From Phoronis australis (lineage: Eukaryota > Animalia > Phoronida): 64,000 nt of DNA. The stretch is from assembly GCA_002633005.1 (NCBI GenBank), contig NMRA01000206.1, positions 404,991 through 468,990 on the forward strand. The letters are read 5' to 3'. The position numbers and the translations under genes are program-made. Below the pieces are notes generated by a model. That model did no database searches. It was not told the DNA's origin and saw only the letters and a program-made list of their open reading frames with translations. Positions 10,401 through 25,400 of this stretch are shown here, one piece after another; positions within the stretch are counted from its first letter, which is position 1; the number at the start of each line of letters is the position of its first letter.

Positions 10401-13400
10401 TGACTAGTTATAATAGAGATATTACCTTGCCACAGTTGGTGTATTCTACAGCTGGCTCACGGAAGAAGAAATACACGTAGTCACTGACTTCATACGAAGA
10501 CACGAACTGAGGAACTGAAAGAAATACATCATAGCTTAAATTACAGATACAGTATTGTGATAACTATGACATGATGAACTAACATAAAACAAATTTTCTT
10601 ACATCCCATTACCCGATAGTATGCCTATTCGGGGAAATAATCAATGAAGACGTGCCCACATTTTGAGAACCAGTTTGATGCCCATTTTTCAGTGTAAAAA
10701 CTGGTTCTCTAAATGCCGGCATGTTATATACAGCTTCAGTCCACATATGGGGTAAGGAAGAAGACAGAACAAATGGGCCATATGGCCATGCATTACCCAA
10801 CAAAGACCAGCTAACAGTTCCAACACAGGGAAAGGTAGCAAAGAACAAAAGAGCAGCACCACGCACGAACAATGACATCACAAGAAACGACATATTCAGA
10901 AACTTGTAAAGAGCAACAATAATAAATTTTGGATGGGATTTGGTGGGAGGGGGATCCCGAGAACAACACCAAATGGCTGGGGCGTGATCTTAGGGAAATC
11001 AGAGAATACAAATTGAACATGCCATTATCACAGATTTGAACAGGCCAGTTCATCAAAGTGAAAACAAACATCTTGATTCATTCATTATCTTAATGCCATC
11101 AGCGTAATGAGTAAAAGCATGAAATCACGTGTAATTTAGCGACTTGTAGTTTGCTCAGGAATTTCGACCATTCCCAGTAGGTGTGCTGGCCGCCTAGGAC
11201 TGTTTATCACAATGAAATTGCATTTTGGCACGACGGGAGACCACAGATGGCATACAGATTTTATGGGTATCACAATATACTTGGTATGCCAGCGAATTTT
11301 GTATGAAACACATTGCAAAAGATCAGGACACCGTGTTGCAAGTGCAACCAAAGCACAAGACGGAGACGTGGTCACAACAACAAAACAATGAAAGCGCTCC
11401 GAGGAGCGACACTTGGCGAAATTAACAGAAAAGATGACGATAGTGATGATGGCGAAGTAGAGGAATATGACGACGATGATGGAGATGATGAGCATTATGA
11501 TATCATTCATAAGACGAACATTGAGCTCAGAAATCAGTAAGAAATAGGCTAGTCTTGAGCGGCACTTGGTGAAATTAACAGAAAAGATGACGATAGTGAT
11601 GATGGCGAAGTAGACGAATATGACGACGACGATGGAGATGACGAGCATTATGATATCATTCATATGACGAACATCGAGCTCAGAAATCAGTAAGAAATAG
11701 GCTACAGTCTTAAGCGACACTTGGTGAAATTAACTGAAAAGACGACAACGCAGATGAAGACGAAGATGACAAATATGATGACGATGGTGATGAGGATGAA
11801 CAACATCATGACATTCATATGACGAACTTAGATGTCATAAATCAGTAACAAATAGGCTACAGTCTTGTTCAATATATGCTTAACCAACATCAATGCAGCA
11901 AGACTGCTCAACAAAGGAACAGCGGTATCAGAAAATTACGAATAATTAGAAAAGTAGACGTTCAAGCGAAAATGGAAAACATCTTCTGAAAGCCCATCCA
12001 AAACTCTATCGAAGAGATAGTTTCGCAACATTCCGTCAATTTTTCGAAAAAAAATGAAATTTTGCATTTTTTGAAATTCTAGGTAAAATAACTCGAAAAC
12101 GGTTAGTCTGATAAAAATTGTTACAGTTCATTTGAAAGAGTATACTGCAGAGAATCCACATGCAAAAATTCACGTCATTTTCTCTTCCTGTTTAAAATGG
12201 CACCCCAGCACGACTAAAAATGTGTCAGCATGCGCCAGATCTGTCATCTTGGAAACAATTTCAGGTTTTTTAACATAGAATAATAGCTAGTTGTAAAAAA
12301 CTAATACGTGAAAAATTTCAAAGAAATTGGTCCAATAATGCGCCCTCTACTGGAGAAAACGTTTTTTGAACCAAATCGAAGTGTGCATGCGCAGCTGCTG
12401 ATATTTCCGCCATCTTTGACCGGAAGTGAACAATTTCTTGCAGATTTGTAACACATGGACAGTTCAATATTTCAATTGAGTTTCAGCCCTGTATGTCAAA
12501 AATTACGGCTTCTATGAGCAATTGAATCTGAAATTGGAAACAAAGTGGCCGCCATATCCACCATCTTGGATCTGATTATGACGAAAAACAATAGGGTTCC
12601 TATACTCATAGATGTACAACTTGTGTGTAAATTTCGTGGTGATCGAACGAAAATTGCGACCGATATTGCGCGAACAAACAAAAAAACTTAGCGACAGAGC
12701 AACATACTTGGCGAAATTTATTTCGCCAAGTAATAACTTCCCAAAACATTTCGACACAATACTCTACCTGCATCAATCTCCACTGAAGGCATTGAAGGAC
12801 AAGTGACATGGTTATACAACAAGTGTAACAAAAATTTACTGAGATCAAAATTGTCAAATGCTTTTCAAGAATCAATGAACAAGTACATTTTCTGTCAATT
12901 GCTGGCCACAGCATGAATTTAAAAGAAAACAATTTAACTTTAAATGAAATTAACAACCACTTTTACCGTTAAATTTTGTAGAAAACACAATATTTAATAA
13001 GGTCTTGGTATAACAAAACATCACGAGGCCACCAGTCTTTTTGCTTTGCTTACCATTAAGCCACTGCGAATTCAACTGCGGCGTTCGCAATGGGTCTAGC
13101 CTTCCCATTATCCTATAGATGGCGTAATCGCGAGCCTGGAAATCCAGAACTATACCACTGAAGAAGGTGCCATCATCTAACATCAGTGATGTGGTATTCA
13201 CATTGGGACCAAATGGGCATTTGGCAAGGCCAGGCTCCTCGGCACCTCTCTGTCGCCTCAGTTCAGTTATCTGTGACAGAAACATACTGTAAATCAGTTC
13301 AAGAGTAGGGGCAAGATGTCAAGTGACTTACTGTAAATCAGTTCAAGTATAGAGGCACGATGCCAAGTGACAAACCAGATTTGCTTACTTTGTAGGTATA

Positions 13401-16400
13401 AGTCAAAACAAGCTTTCTGTTACTGATAGCACAACAAATGCCACTTAAATGTTTTGTTGCGCAGAACAAGTTGTATTATTTTCCCCTACCAGTATTGTTA
13501 TGGATATATTTAAAAAGCACACAAGCAACAAAATGGAAACAAATAACAACATGTGAAAAATAGCAACAAAGTGACGGCCGAAAACAAAATTTGAAAACCG
13601 GTGCAATGGTGGCTCTGTCTTCCACTGTGACTGCAGGAACACATAAAATTTGTTCACAACTCAGTGTGTATGCAATGAGTGAATCTATTGCAAGGACGCA
13701 TAAACACATAACATTTGTTCACAACTCAGTACATGTATGTAATGTGTGAATCTATTGCAAGGATGCATAAACACATCCTAGCTTCTATGCAATTTCAGAA
13801 ATACCACCAGAAAGAATAGAATAACAAAGCGGGAGAGTCAAAAATACCATATCATCGTCAAAGCTGAAATGTTTTCCTTGGTAACTTAATATCCATAGAG
13901 AGGCATGACTTCAAAACAATTCAGGTTGTAAAATATTTCCAAGATGGTGTATTATCAGGGAGCATCTGACACCAAGTTTTACAATCGAAGAATCGTATAA
14001 CAATACACATCAATACGTACACTTCGCCATGAACATTTTGGATCATAAGCGTATGTTCCACAGGCAAACAATTCTCCACCCTGAATGTGTAGCACTCGTA
14101 TGAAGTTGTGACACTCCGATTCCGGCTTTCCTCTGGCAGCGCACAATGTTTTGGTCATCTCATCCGGTAACCAAGGCTCCACTTCGCGTTCAGCTAGATC
14201 CATCATGGTCAATTTCAACAGATGATCTCTACAAGGGAAATTGACCAAACTATGAATGGGGAAACAAACAAATTCGCCATCCAAGACAGAATAATGAAGA
14301 ACTCGAAAATTGTTGAAGCGGTCCATTAAAACGTCAAGTATCACAAACTACGTCAATTCGTAAACTGCTTATCATACTAAATGCGTATTTTATTAAAAAT
14401 TTTAAATTATTTTCTCAACAATAAAGAACATTTAGAAAATACTACAACAGTTCTTGACTTATCGGCCAGAAAAATAAATGCGAAAAAATATTTAAAAATT
14501 TTTTTTAAAGGCTAATTACTTTGCTACCAACAATAGAAACTGCACCAGATGTTGTTTCATAAGAACTATATGTAGCACAAACCCAGCTAATAACGGACGA
14601 AAATACGTGAAGAATTACCTTAATTATTATTAATAATTATTACTACATCAGTTATATATTACCACTAATCATTTAAATAATTTGAATTGTTCTCACGAAA
14701 AAATGCTAGGGTTAAAAAATTTCTTTTAACAGCATGGAGGTCAGATAATGAAAACTATTAAAAATATTTGGCAATTCTTTTTGTGCAAAATAACTTTAGA
14801 AACACTGTTACACATCAGCATCAAGAAAATGTGAACTGGCAAAATTGTTAAATGCAATGCGCCCATATAGCAAGTTTCCAGAATAACAACTAGGTGTGTT
14901 GGCAAAGAAATTTAATTTACCAACATGCAGCAAATGAACATTTTCAAATCAACGCCGCGCTACGTTGAATATTTGAAGTTAGCTCGCAGGCCTGTCCCTC
15001 ATTTATTGTGAAAGTCCACATGGGAATATCTTAAATTCAAAACAGAACAATTAGCATAGAGAGGGTCATCACCGCAGGCTGAAGTCAGCGACCTTTTCAA
15101 TCATTTTCAAAAAAAACCCGCCCTAACCAAATGGCCAGAGGCAATGGACTAATTGAATTACCCAGAGTCAAACTGGCAATTCGGGATCAAGAGACAATGT
15201 GGCAGAGAGCAATCAATTGAATAAGTCAAGATGCTGCCTTTGGACAAACTACTTAAACTTAATCCATGTATGTGTGTGACAAGAAATAGAATCCATGAGG
15301 GGCAGGGTGAAGGTTGAATTTGCAAATAATGGATAGAAACACCTGCTAGGTCTGACAGGAATAACCACGGCAAAATCGTGAAAAAGAGAATGAATTAAAT
15401 CAATAAAGTTATGTTCAAGTCGTATTTATAACATTGTTACTAATAACAATGATAGCAAGGCAACAGGAAGAGTGCCAACATATTTAAAGTATTGAGGAGG
15501 ATGAGTTCAGAAAAAAGAAATAGCAGGTTCAAGGGTTGTGCAACAGTTGAAAACCAATTTCTTCAGAGCGCAGAAATAGATGTGCTGATGATCTTTGCTG
15601 TAGGAGAGACTGTTGCTAACTAGGCCCATTATCACCAAGGCAGAGGGCACTGTTCAACTGACAAAGCAATTTCAACTGTTCATAATCACACCAAAGTGTC
15701 AGCAACGTAATTCTATCATAGCCCAGAGTGCTCAGGACTGTGCAAACATGCCTGTACTTTTGCTGACCGCTAGAAGAGGTCAGTGTCCACCAGCAAGCCT
15801 GACCTACCTGGCTCCAACAATGACCAGCATTCTTTGTGTATCAAACACAAACTTTGAGAAGTCCACATAACCATTGCTGTATTCCACTACGCCATTTCGT
15901 CCATCAGGTACCAGGTCTACAAAGAACAATAATGACTATTAAGAAGAAATACACCATCCCGTCGTTTTAAAATGTTCAAAATTTTAGTATGAGAGCAACA
16001 TCTACAGGGGATTACATTTTCGAAGTTACTACCAAAATATTATTGCAGACAAATTTCAACGCCCTGGATGGAATTTGTGGTTGGGCTCATTATGTAACAA
16101 ATCTTTAAAGTCCCAATGCTAAATCCCTAAGAACTGTTTGTTCTAAAATCCCTGCCATTTGAAAATTTCATAGAACCAAACTGCAGACAACTTGGTGTCT
16201 TAAATATAAAATAAACTTTAAGTGTTATTAATACCAATTAAAGACCACATTGCTATCAAGATGTATTTTTAACAAATGAATGTCCTGATTGTCCTCATTA
16301 CTGGAGAAGTCCAAGAATAGTTCCTTATTAGACCTTCACCGCCAAAAACCCTTGAAACAAAAGACCTTTATTCCAAGCTTGAACTGGACACGAGACCCAA

Positions 16401-19400
16401 GAAAAAATACTCAAAGAAAACAGTGCATATGCTCCATTAATACAATGTGCACTGTGACTGACTAAGCTATTGTGTTGCCAAGGATACACTACCATGTCCA
16501 TCTTAAGCCTGATGGTAATTCTTCAGTTATTTCGTACAAAAATAATCGCCAAATTGACAATTTTCTAGTTCACAAAGGCTCATATGGCAATCTCACAGTA
16601 AACTATGGAAACTTAACCAAACGATGTTTAATAAAATCTTTACGTTACAATCATCAAGTTCATGAGAGATGAAAACATTCTTAAACTTATACGGTTGAGA
16701 AATTTTACAAATTGATAATTCACCTGTCTGTCATACTGTGTGCTAAATAAGAGAATTTTCATTCCAAAAATGCAAATCATGTAGTCGCTCCCAACAAATG
16801 GATGGACGGACACCTCAAACCTTGTCATACCACGATTGAAGATGATTTTCATCTCATAACGATCATTACGACCATTGACAAGCAGAAAAAGGTGTCAAAA
16901 ACTCATCAGTTGTGACAAAATTAGCCAACCATTATCAGTGCAGCCTCAGATGTCGCTTTTGTCTCTTTACTATGTTGACAAGCACTGTTGCTTGTAGGCA
17001 TTTAGCACAGTTTAACAGATAGTCTATGGTATGCATAGAATCTGTTTTTAACATTATCACCTATTTATAAAATAGAGTTCAGATTTTTTGCAGACTTTGA
17101 TGAAATCAAAAAACAGTTTGCTTCATTAAGGCTTCAGACTTAACTATCAACAAACATTATGTTTTTTTTTACAAAAAACAGGACAACAGGCAATGTTAGT
17201 TCTCAATAACTTTAAGTGCCCCACCAAAACCTTGACCCAGATGGCTTTAAAACTATTTTTTTGGCTCTAGCAAAACCAAATATTTAAGGACTGCTTGGGT
17301 TCAGTACACTTGAGTTAACATTTGCACTGTCTGGGAATTTCAAACAAAACTTTTAACTTAACCAGAATGTTTTCAGCTTCACCTTTGAAGGCCATTTGTA
17401 CTCTGAAAATTCTCTTGACCCTGGCTGCATGGCTTGCAGCGATTTTGGCTGGCACAGAATTTCACTCGCTCTATCAATGTGGCATTCTAGTCAAATGCAT
17501 TGTTCTACCTGATTCTATTGCAGTCATTGACAACTTGCATGGTAAAATCTCATTAATTTCGGACAAACATAATTACCAAAATTGCCGGTTTTACATTTTT
17601 CAAAAACCTACCGGTAAAACTGATGTGAACGTCCACAATTTCTCAAAACATTGACTGACAGCAGCTTTGTTATAGAATTTTGAAGTGGTGATGCACTTGA
17701 CGAAACTTGAAGCTTTTAGGCAATAATAAGAAATAGAATTTCACCAATACACATGCCATACTGAGTCCTAAATCGTTGGGGTTTTACCACAGTCTCAATT
17801 GTCCATATGGGAATGCATATTTTCAAGACAAAAAATCTCTTATCATGAGAGTAAGGACTAAGTGAATACCAGCTTTACAACAGTAAGTGAACTTAGTCAA
17901 AAGTTAGTTTCACGGAACAATTTATCACAGGCAGCACAACAGTTCTGAAAAAGGCACTGTATTCAATCAATCAACATTCACCAGGAACAAATGTTGTGCA
18001 AGACACTGGCACACCCATGTATAACAAACCCAACCTAACAGTGGTGTTGCATTCAACATCATTAATCACGGCCACCAGGGGTCTGTCTGGGCTGAGTTAA
18101 GTCTCCAGCCGGGCCTCAGTTGGAGGTGAGGTTGTCACAGCTGGATTGTGTTGCCCACAGCAAGTGGCAGAGGTGGTTTGTGTGGGATGTCAAGCCAGTC
18201 AACACAAGAGGACAAGAGAAAGTGGTTACAATATGGGGAAGCTTGGTGGCTTGAAACAATAGAAGGCTTATGAACAGCTGTTGCTGCCCAAGATAATTGG
18301 GACTTGTCACAAATCCTTAGTCCAGGCAAAATTCCAGAGAAAAGGACGAAACCAGGAAAGAGGAAGAGAAAAAGGAAAATGAAACAATAACCTCTTGATA
18401 CAATCCTAACAAGTTTACAACGAATAACTGACAAGAATAATATGTTAGTAACCAGTACATGAGGTGTTGTCAAGTGCCTTTAAAGAACCCCCTCCCCCAA
18501 CCCCTTAAATTCAAAGTGCCTTGAACACACATCTCAACAAGAGAAATAGATTGAAAAACTAAGTAGGAATAAAAATTGAATTTAAATTATTGTTGTTTTA
18601 TATGGGGCTAGCATATAGCCTAAAAGAAACAGTTATTTTTAACGTAGCTAAATGAATCAAAGACCAACCACTTGGGAGTGAAAAGTGGATTTAATACGCT
18701 GTAAACTTTAGCAAACACCCACAGTTTAAATGTCAGCAAAACGCAATTGAAAGTCATCCCAGTAGAAACGATACCACTGAAGACTGCAAGTTGATATCTG
18801 AAGCAATTACTGAAGAAACACAAAAAAATCTGATACGAAAACAATACAAATCTTGAACACAGCACAACCCAAAACCACCATTCTACTGCATAATTACCAA
18901 GGAAAATAAACCTTTTGATAAGGGCCTGACAAAAGCCCTCAACAGAGCTGTCAAGAAAAAATGTTAATCTTAGTGTGACCACCAGTAACACCCCTGGTAA
19001 TGGACCCAGTGAAACTCTATCAGGCTACCAGCAATAACAATGAACTCTCATGTTGCACCCATCATGGGTTCATTGCCAAAGGTGGTGAGATGCTTGAACA
19101 CACATATCTTCAGTGTATGGTAATTGCTTAGAAAGAACAGATAAGTTTCTGAGACTAAAAGTACAATTATGTCTTGTCTATCAGTTGAAGTTGCCATCAA
19201 CCTACTTCATCAAAGACACAACCTTTTGATTCAACCCACTTACAATATAATAGTAAGCACTTGCAAAATTTGCATTCATTCGAAATTAATTTCACTATAA
19301 GAATAACAAATGTCATCACCTGTGTGACAAGAATGGCAAAATATGTAATAACAAATGCATAACACACCATACAACAACATACTGTAAACAACAAACAACA

Positions 19401-22400
19401 GCCACCAAGTGCCCTCTCCCAGTACAACAACAACTCCTAGACTAAACATGTGGCTTTAAGATTTGGTTCTAAATAAGAAAAACTCCAGACTCCTCTGTAA
19501 TCACTCAGTTGACACAGAATAAGTCTTTACAAAAGTGAAAATCAGTCTGTAGAGAAACAGTAGAAAGCAGACCTCTGTTGTTATTTTGTCTTCAAAGTCT
19601 ATTGTCATCATAGAGTGCCTTGGGGAAGATTAGTCGAGACGGGCACCGCAAAAATTAACAAGCCTCAAGAAACCAATCATTAAGTTTAAGCTAGAGGTTA
19701 CTCAAAAGAAACAGAAGAACTTTTAAATCTTTTTACTTTTTAATTAGTTTTCGCAATAGATTAACATAGGCTCAAGACCTTATACTTAATAATTTCATGC
19801 AAAAGTGAAACTATATTAGACATTAATTAAATGCCTATTTGCCAAAGTTATTAGGCTACTTGGTCTGGGGTTACAGGTTACAATAACACCATTGTGGATG
19901 TTAACTGCACCAGGTAAACCAAGGTAAACCAAGGTAAACAGCCTGCAGAGACAGGTGCAGAGGTATTGAGGTCACCTCAACCACTCTTCTCAGAAAGTGC
20001 TACCAGGGATGTTGAGGAAGAAAGCCCACGAGGTGTTCAAAGGGTACAACAGTTAAAATAGATAACACGACAAATGAGACATTAACATGAGAACAATTAT
20101 CATTGTTAAACAACGTTAGGAACTAAGAAGCATGTAACAAACTCTAGAAACGGAAAACTAATCCAGTGAATGAAGTTGGTACAGTAAAACCTCGCACATT
20201 TCAGACAAATATTAGCACCAAAGTAATCTCTTGAATTTATCAAGGGCTGCTAACATTTTTGAGAATGCTCACAATTATTCATAACATAGTGCGATGGCTC
20301 ATAGCTATCACTACAGAACTTGAAAATGGCATTAAAAAGGCACTGTTGATCTTTTAGAATAAAAATGGAAAAAAGTTCCACATGTGGAATCCTGAACTAG
20401 AAAGATTTTTCAAAATGGTGATCAACGGTCACTATGGTACAGAACTTGGACATTATATAAAACATTAATTTAATTGCATAATACACCTGAGGTATTCTCA
20501 CAAGATCTCTGTTATCGATCAACAGATTCTTCATGAAAGAAGTTTTAAAATCTACTTAAACATTAATTTGATGATACATATCTTTAGAGATAAATTTAAA
20601 AATTAAAAATTCCCTTGCCACTCCCACTATTGTGTATAGGGTAAATTCACCGTATATTCACACAATATTGTTTACAACCAGCTACCAAAACAAGTTTATT
20701 AAAACCAGTAAAGTCATCCCTCACCAAGTAGTCCATTGGTTTGACATTTAACCCATGATAATAAATTACCTATGATGGGTCTGACAAAGCATAAAAAGTT
20801 GGTGGATTTGGAGGATAATGGCTGTCTAGAACAGCTGACCACAAATGGTTAGTGAATAGAGGGAGTTCACAACCACAATACAAGAAGCCACCAATGAAAT
20901 TCTTTGAGATAAAACATAAAGTTAAAACTATGTGCTGGGTCATCGCTCATGAAAACTCAATAACATTGATCAGTGCCTTATTGGGACACTAAAGTGACCA
21001 CAGACTAATATCATACCAGCAAAATCTCACTAATTTAGGACACAATATGGACCACAAGAGAAATTTTATTTTCTCAGTTTTGCTTGAACGATACATAGCA
21101 GCACTAAATCAATACTTCTCCATGTTCAAATTCTGTCCAATAAACACAACCAGACAGTGTTTTGAAAATCATGGGCATTCACAAGATGGTTAGAAGCCGT
21201 TAAAAATTCAGTATTAATTACCTTTGTCGGAAATTATACATTTAAGTTTGTGATATAAAACTGTGCCTGAGCTGAGCACCAGCCTTGATAAAACTTTCAG
21301 AAAAAATCTCCCTCAAACTACTTTGAAAATCATTTATATTTTTTATTCCTGGTTTACAAATCAAACAAATTAAGCACAAATTTCCACATTAAATTCCACT
21401 GCAAAAGGAGAACAGTGGCCACTTGAGAACATGAGTGTTTAGTGACCCATAGTCTAAAGTTATGACTTATGAGAAGATTTGTTGTCTTCAGCCATGACAA
21501 TAAACAAACTAAAGGAAATACAAGCAAGGAACAACCAACCTTCTACATGTACTATTGTAAAATTTCATCAAAATAATTAATAAAATAGCCCTTTTCTCAT
21601 TTTTCAGTGGTTTCTAACATGAATACCCAGAATTTTTCAAAACCTTGATGGTAGCAAATGTGCAGAGCTTGCACATGGGAGAGTATGCATTCTCAATTGG
21701 TGATACATATCTTTCATGGGAAAACGAGAAAACAAAATTTCGCTTGTCGGCCATATTGTGTCCTAAATCTGTGATAATTTACCGTCCCTGAACAGAATTA
21801 CCCATTGATTAATTAAACTGCAAACACTGTGCCCAAGGATAATGGACTCTTTTTTTAACGGAAACAGTCAATTTTCATATCTGAGCTCCCAGTCCAGAAC
21901 AGGTGGAACCGAAATACAAAACTATTTTTTTCAGATCCATCAACCCAGGGCAATGTTTAACACGGTTTCCCAATTTTATCCAAAAACACTGCAAAAGAAA
22001 CGCAACACTATAACTACCCCCTGTGCTGCGGAGATTACATGAGCCTTCGCATTTCATCGCCATTTTTCTCATCAAGGACTCACTGAAGGTGCACGCAAGG
22101 AGAAATTTTGTCAAAAACTGGCATGTGGTCATCATAAGGGATTGATAAAAATGTGGTCTGACATTTGGCTATCATATTCCTCCATAAAGGGGATGTTGTA
22201 AGCAGATAAACGGCTTATTGTTCAGGATTTTTATCTAGCAAAAAATGGCTGGGAACAAAATGATAAGATGGAGATCCTAAGCCGTGGCGAGATAAGTGTT
22301 AGGTGAACATCACAAGCTGCGCCACGACTTAAGGACGCTTCAACAAGATGTTCAGTGTAGAAGGGTTTCATAAAATTGCAATAAGACATATTGTAGTCCA

Positions 22401-25400
22401 TGCAGAAAAACATGATACTCAATATAGAACTAGACCTACAAATAAAGTGTTCTCAATATTACGACTATTGGTATCAACATTATCATTATCATTATCATTA
22501 AACAGTATATGACAAAGGTAAACAGGTAAAATACTGATTGAAGTCAAGACGGCTAACTTTGCCTACAGCAAAAATGGATGGAAATAACAATTTTGGCAGC
22601 AAACATCTAGTCACTGAATGACCAAGCCACCTCACTAACTTTCCCATAATTCCCCTTCATTCTCGGTCTTGAAGGAAGGCTATTCCAGTGATGAACGCGA
22701 CTTCTCCTAGTGGTCATGATGGTAACTAAAGATCGTTTTGTCTGAATACTTTTGACAGGCGCTGTATATTAATAAAATGAATGCATATCATCACATTAAA
22801 ACTATTAACGAGCAGTGTTAACCAGTACCTTACAAGGCATTGGCCAAGCAGTACTCATAATTCTGAGTTACACTTAATGAGACTTGTGTACTATTAGTAA
22901 TAAGCTGATTATGCACATGGGTATGCAAGACATTAGTAAACAAACACAGGGTGGCAGTAATCCGACATAACACTGCCTACATCTCCCACTGCTAACTGCT
23001 AGGGTGATGACCAGGATGGCAGAGATATGTATTGCCACACCACAAACAAATGCAGTAATTATGTACTTATGAGGATCACTCAGCACGCCTTCTTACATTT
23101 GTGTAAGGCTAAACATCACCCACAGCCAGAGTGACACATTACACATCAAATATTTTCCAGTAATTACTTGGAAAGGGATTCCGATGAGGTCATACAGATA
23201 AAGCTTAGTTTGAGGCGAAGATAAAATTACACAGCAAAATCTCAAAAACTTTTCATAAGATGATTGTCAAAATATATATATTTTAGTCATTCTCCAAAGG
23301 CTTCAAACATAGTGGTTGTGAGTGCCTAAAATTTCTCGAAACATTATCTGTTAAGATGGTACTGCTCTTTGAGACGCTGAAGCAAATATATGGTGTTACG
23401 TTATTTTACTGTAAAAAAATAAATTTCACTTGTCAGCCACTTTACCAAAGTAAAATTGTGCTCACGTCACATAAACCAGGGTTCCTTCACTTTATCCAAC
23501 GGCCCTACTCCCGGTAGCTCTGAGACTGTTCACAATTATCACGAGCGTACAAACCATTGTATTGGGGCTATTAGGGGGTGAGTCCTACTGCGGTGTAAGT
23601 CAGATATAGTGAGCCTGCATTTTAATAACCAGTTTTCTCTACTGAATAACGGGCATCAAATTGACTCTTAAAATGTTAGCATTCTATATATAACCGGCGA
23701 CTACTGCCCTGGCTTCTACTGCAGAGCGTTTGACAACATACAATGACAATGTTAAAATAACATATTAAGTCAATGTTTAATAATTAGTTTTTCACATTGA
23801 AACACATGATGAAACAAACAGTAACAATACTGTCGCCAAGATCCAACAAACAAAATACACAAACAATTGTTTCAAAATAACGCTTTATTTTTATACCATA
23901 CCACTAAACAAACCAACACAGGTACATATTTAACTTTGAAGCACACCTGCCCACAAATGTTAAACAAATACATAAACACAGACCTTATAAAAATATCACC
24001 AATTTTGGATGCTTCTGGGGGGGGATGACTGTGCCGTGTACCATTGTATGTTCAAAGAATGGCGAAAATTCTGAATGGTATAATCCCAGATTTTTACGAC
24101 ATATAGTTTCAGAAGTACATGTGAAGGTAGTTGCTATCTTAGCATAGACTGGACAACACATTTGATAAATTAGGCATTCGTAATTCTAACAGCTATCATA
24201 TGCGTAAACAAAAAATACAAATTATTTGTGATGTTCAAAAACACTTCTGAACAATTTACATGGTCACTTTTGGCATCGTTCCTTTATCACATTCCATGAA
24301 CATTCAATGTGCAGGACGCTCTCCAAAAAGAGAACTTTTATTTAAATGACACAGGAATGCCAGCATTAAAATAAAAAAAATCCAAATTATGCTGAAAATG
24401 GCATCAGAAAGATTCATTTGAAAAGGTCAATAATAGATTTCCAGGGTAATAATGGTCAGATATTACAAGCTTGCATTTTGTAAACCAGTTTTTTCCACTG
24501 AATAACAACTAACAAGCATCAAACTGGTTCTCAAAGTGTGGGCACGTTACATCCCGACTGTTCCCAGTATTTTGAACGCAGCTGATGGTGGCAAACCTGG
24601 GATATCAATTATGGTAGGACAAGGAGAGGGCTGCTATTTCCCAGGTATAACAGTCTAGGACACATCACAACTGGGACAGGGTAATTACTTGAGGATAAAG
24701 AGACTCCGCATTAATGAGGACAATTAGGAAATAAGGTAATTTCCCAGTGACAATTGACAGAGTTCAGTTGATCTGCCACTGGAAACTTGAGAAGGGGTGT
24801 GCAACAGAGAAAAGTGGGCCATTAGCCCTGAATGCAGTCAGAGGAGAAGACCAAATTTGGCATCAAATCTCCTAAGATGTTGTAATGAGTCTAGACTAAA
24901 GCATTACAAGACCACAAACATGTTCAAGTCAAACAGTATGTGCACATAATTGTTCTTATCTGAACTAAAGATATATGAAGGCAGGTTTATTCCCTTGAAA
25001 TACAATTGAATATTTCACTGCAAGCATTTGAAACCATATTTAGTTAATTACCGTCTTTACCGTAAAGGTGAATATGTCCAAAATACAGCTTGGATGCGTT
25101 TGAAACCAGTTTTATCCGTTTAACATGGCTTTAAGTTGAGTAGAATTTTGGCTTGGATACATCTGAGATTGGTGGAGATCTAAAAAGTTGCGGGTTGGTT
25201 TTCAATTCTTAATCTATTACAAACACTAGAACANNNNNNNNNNNNNNNNNNNNNNNNNNNNNNNNNNNNNNNNNNNNNNNNNNNNNNNNNNNNNNNNNNN
25301 NNNNNNNNNNNNNNNNNNNNNNNNNNNNNNNNNNNNNNNNNNNNNNNNNNNNNNNNNNNNNNNNNNNNNNNNNNNNNNNNNNNNNNNNNNNNNNNNNNNN

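Noticed and set aside
11136-11720. 194-aa hydrophobic ORF resembling a membrane protein
   Set aside because: Reverse-strand reading of the GAT/GAC-rich tandem array (ATC/GTC give Ile/Val); no fitting splice context
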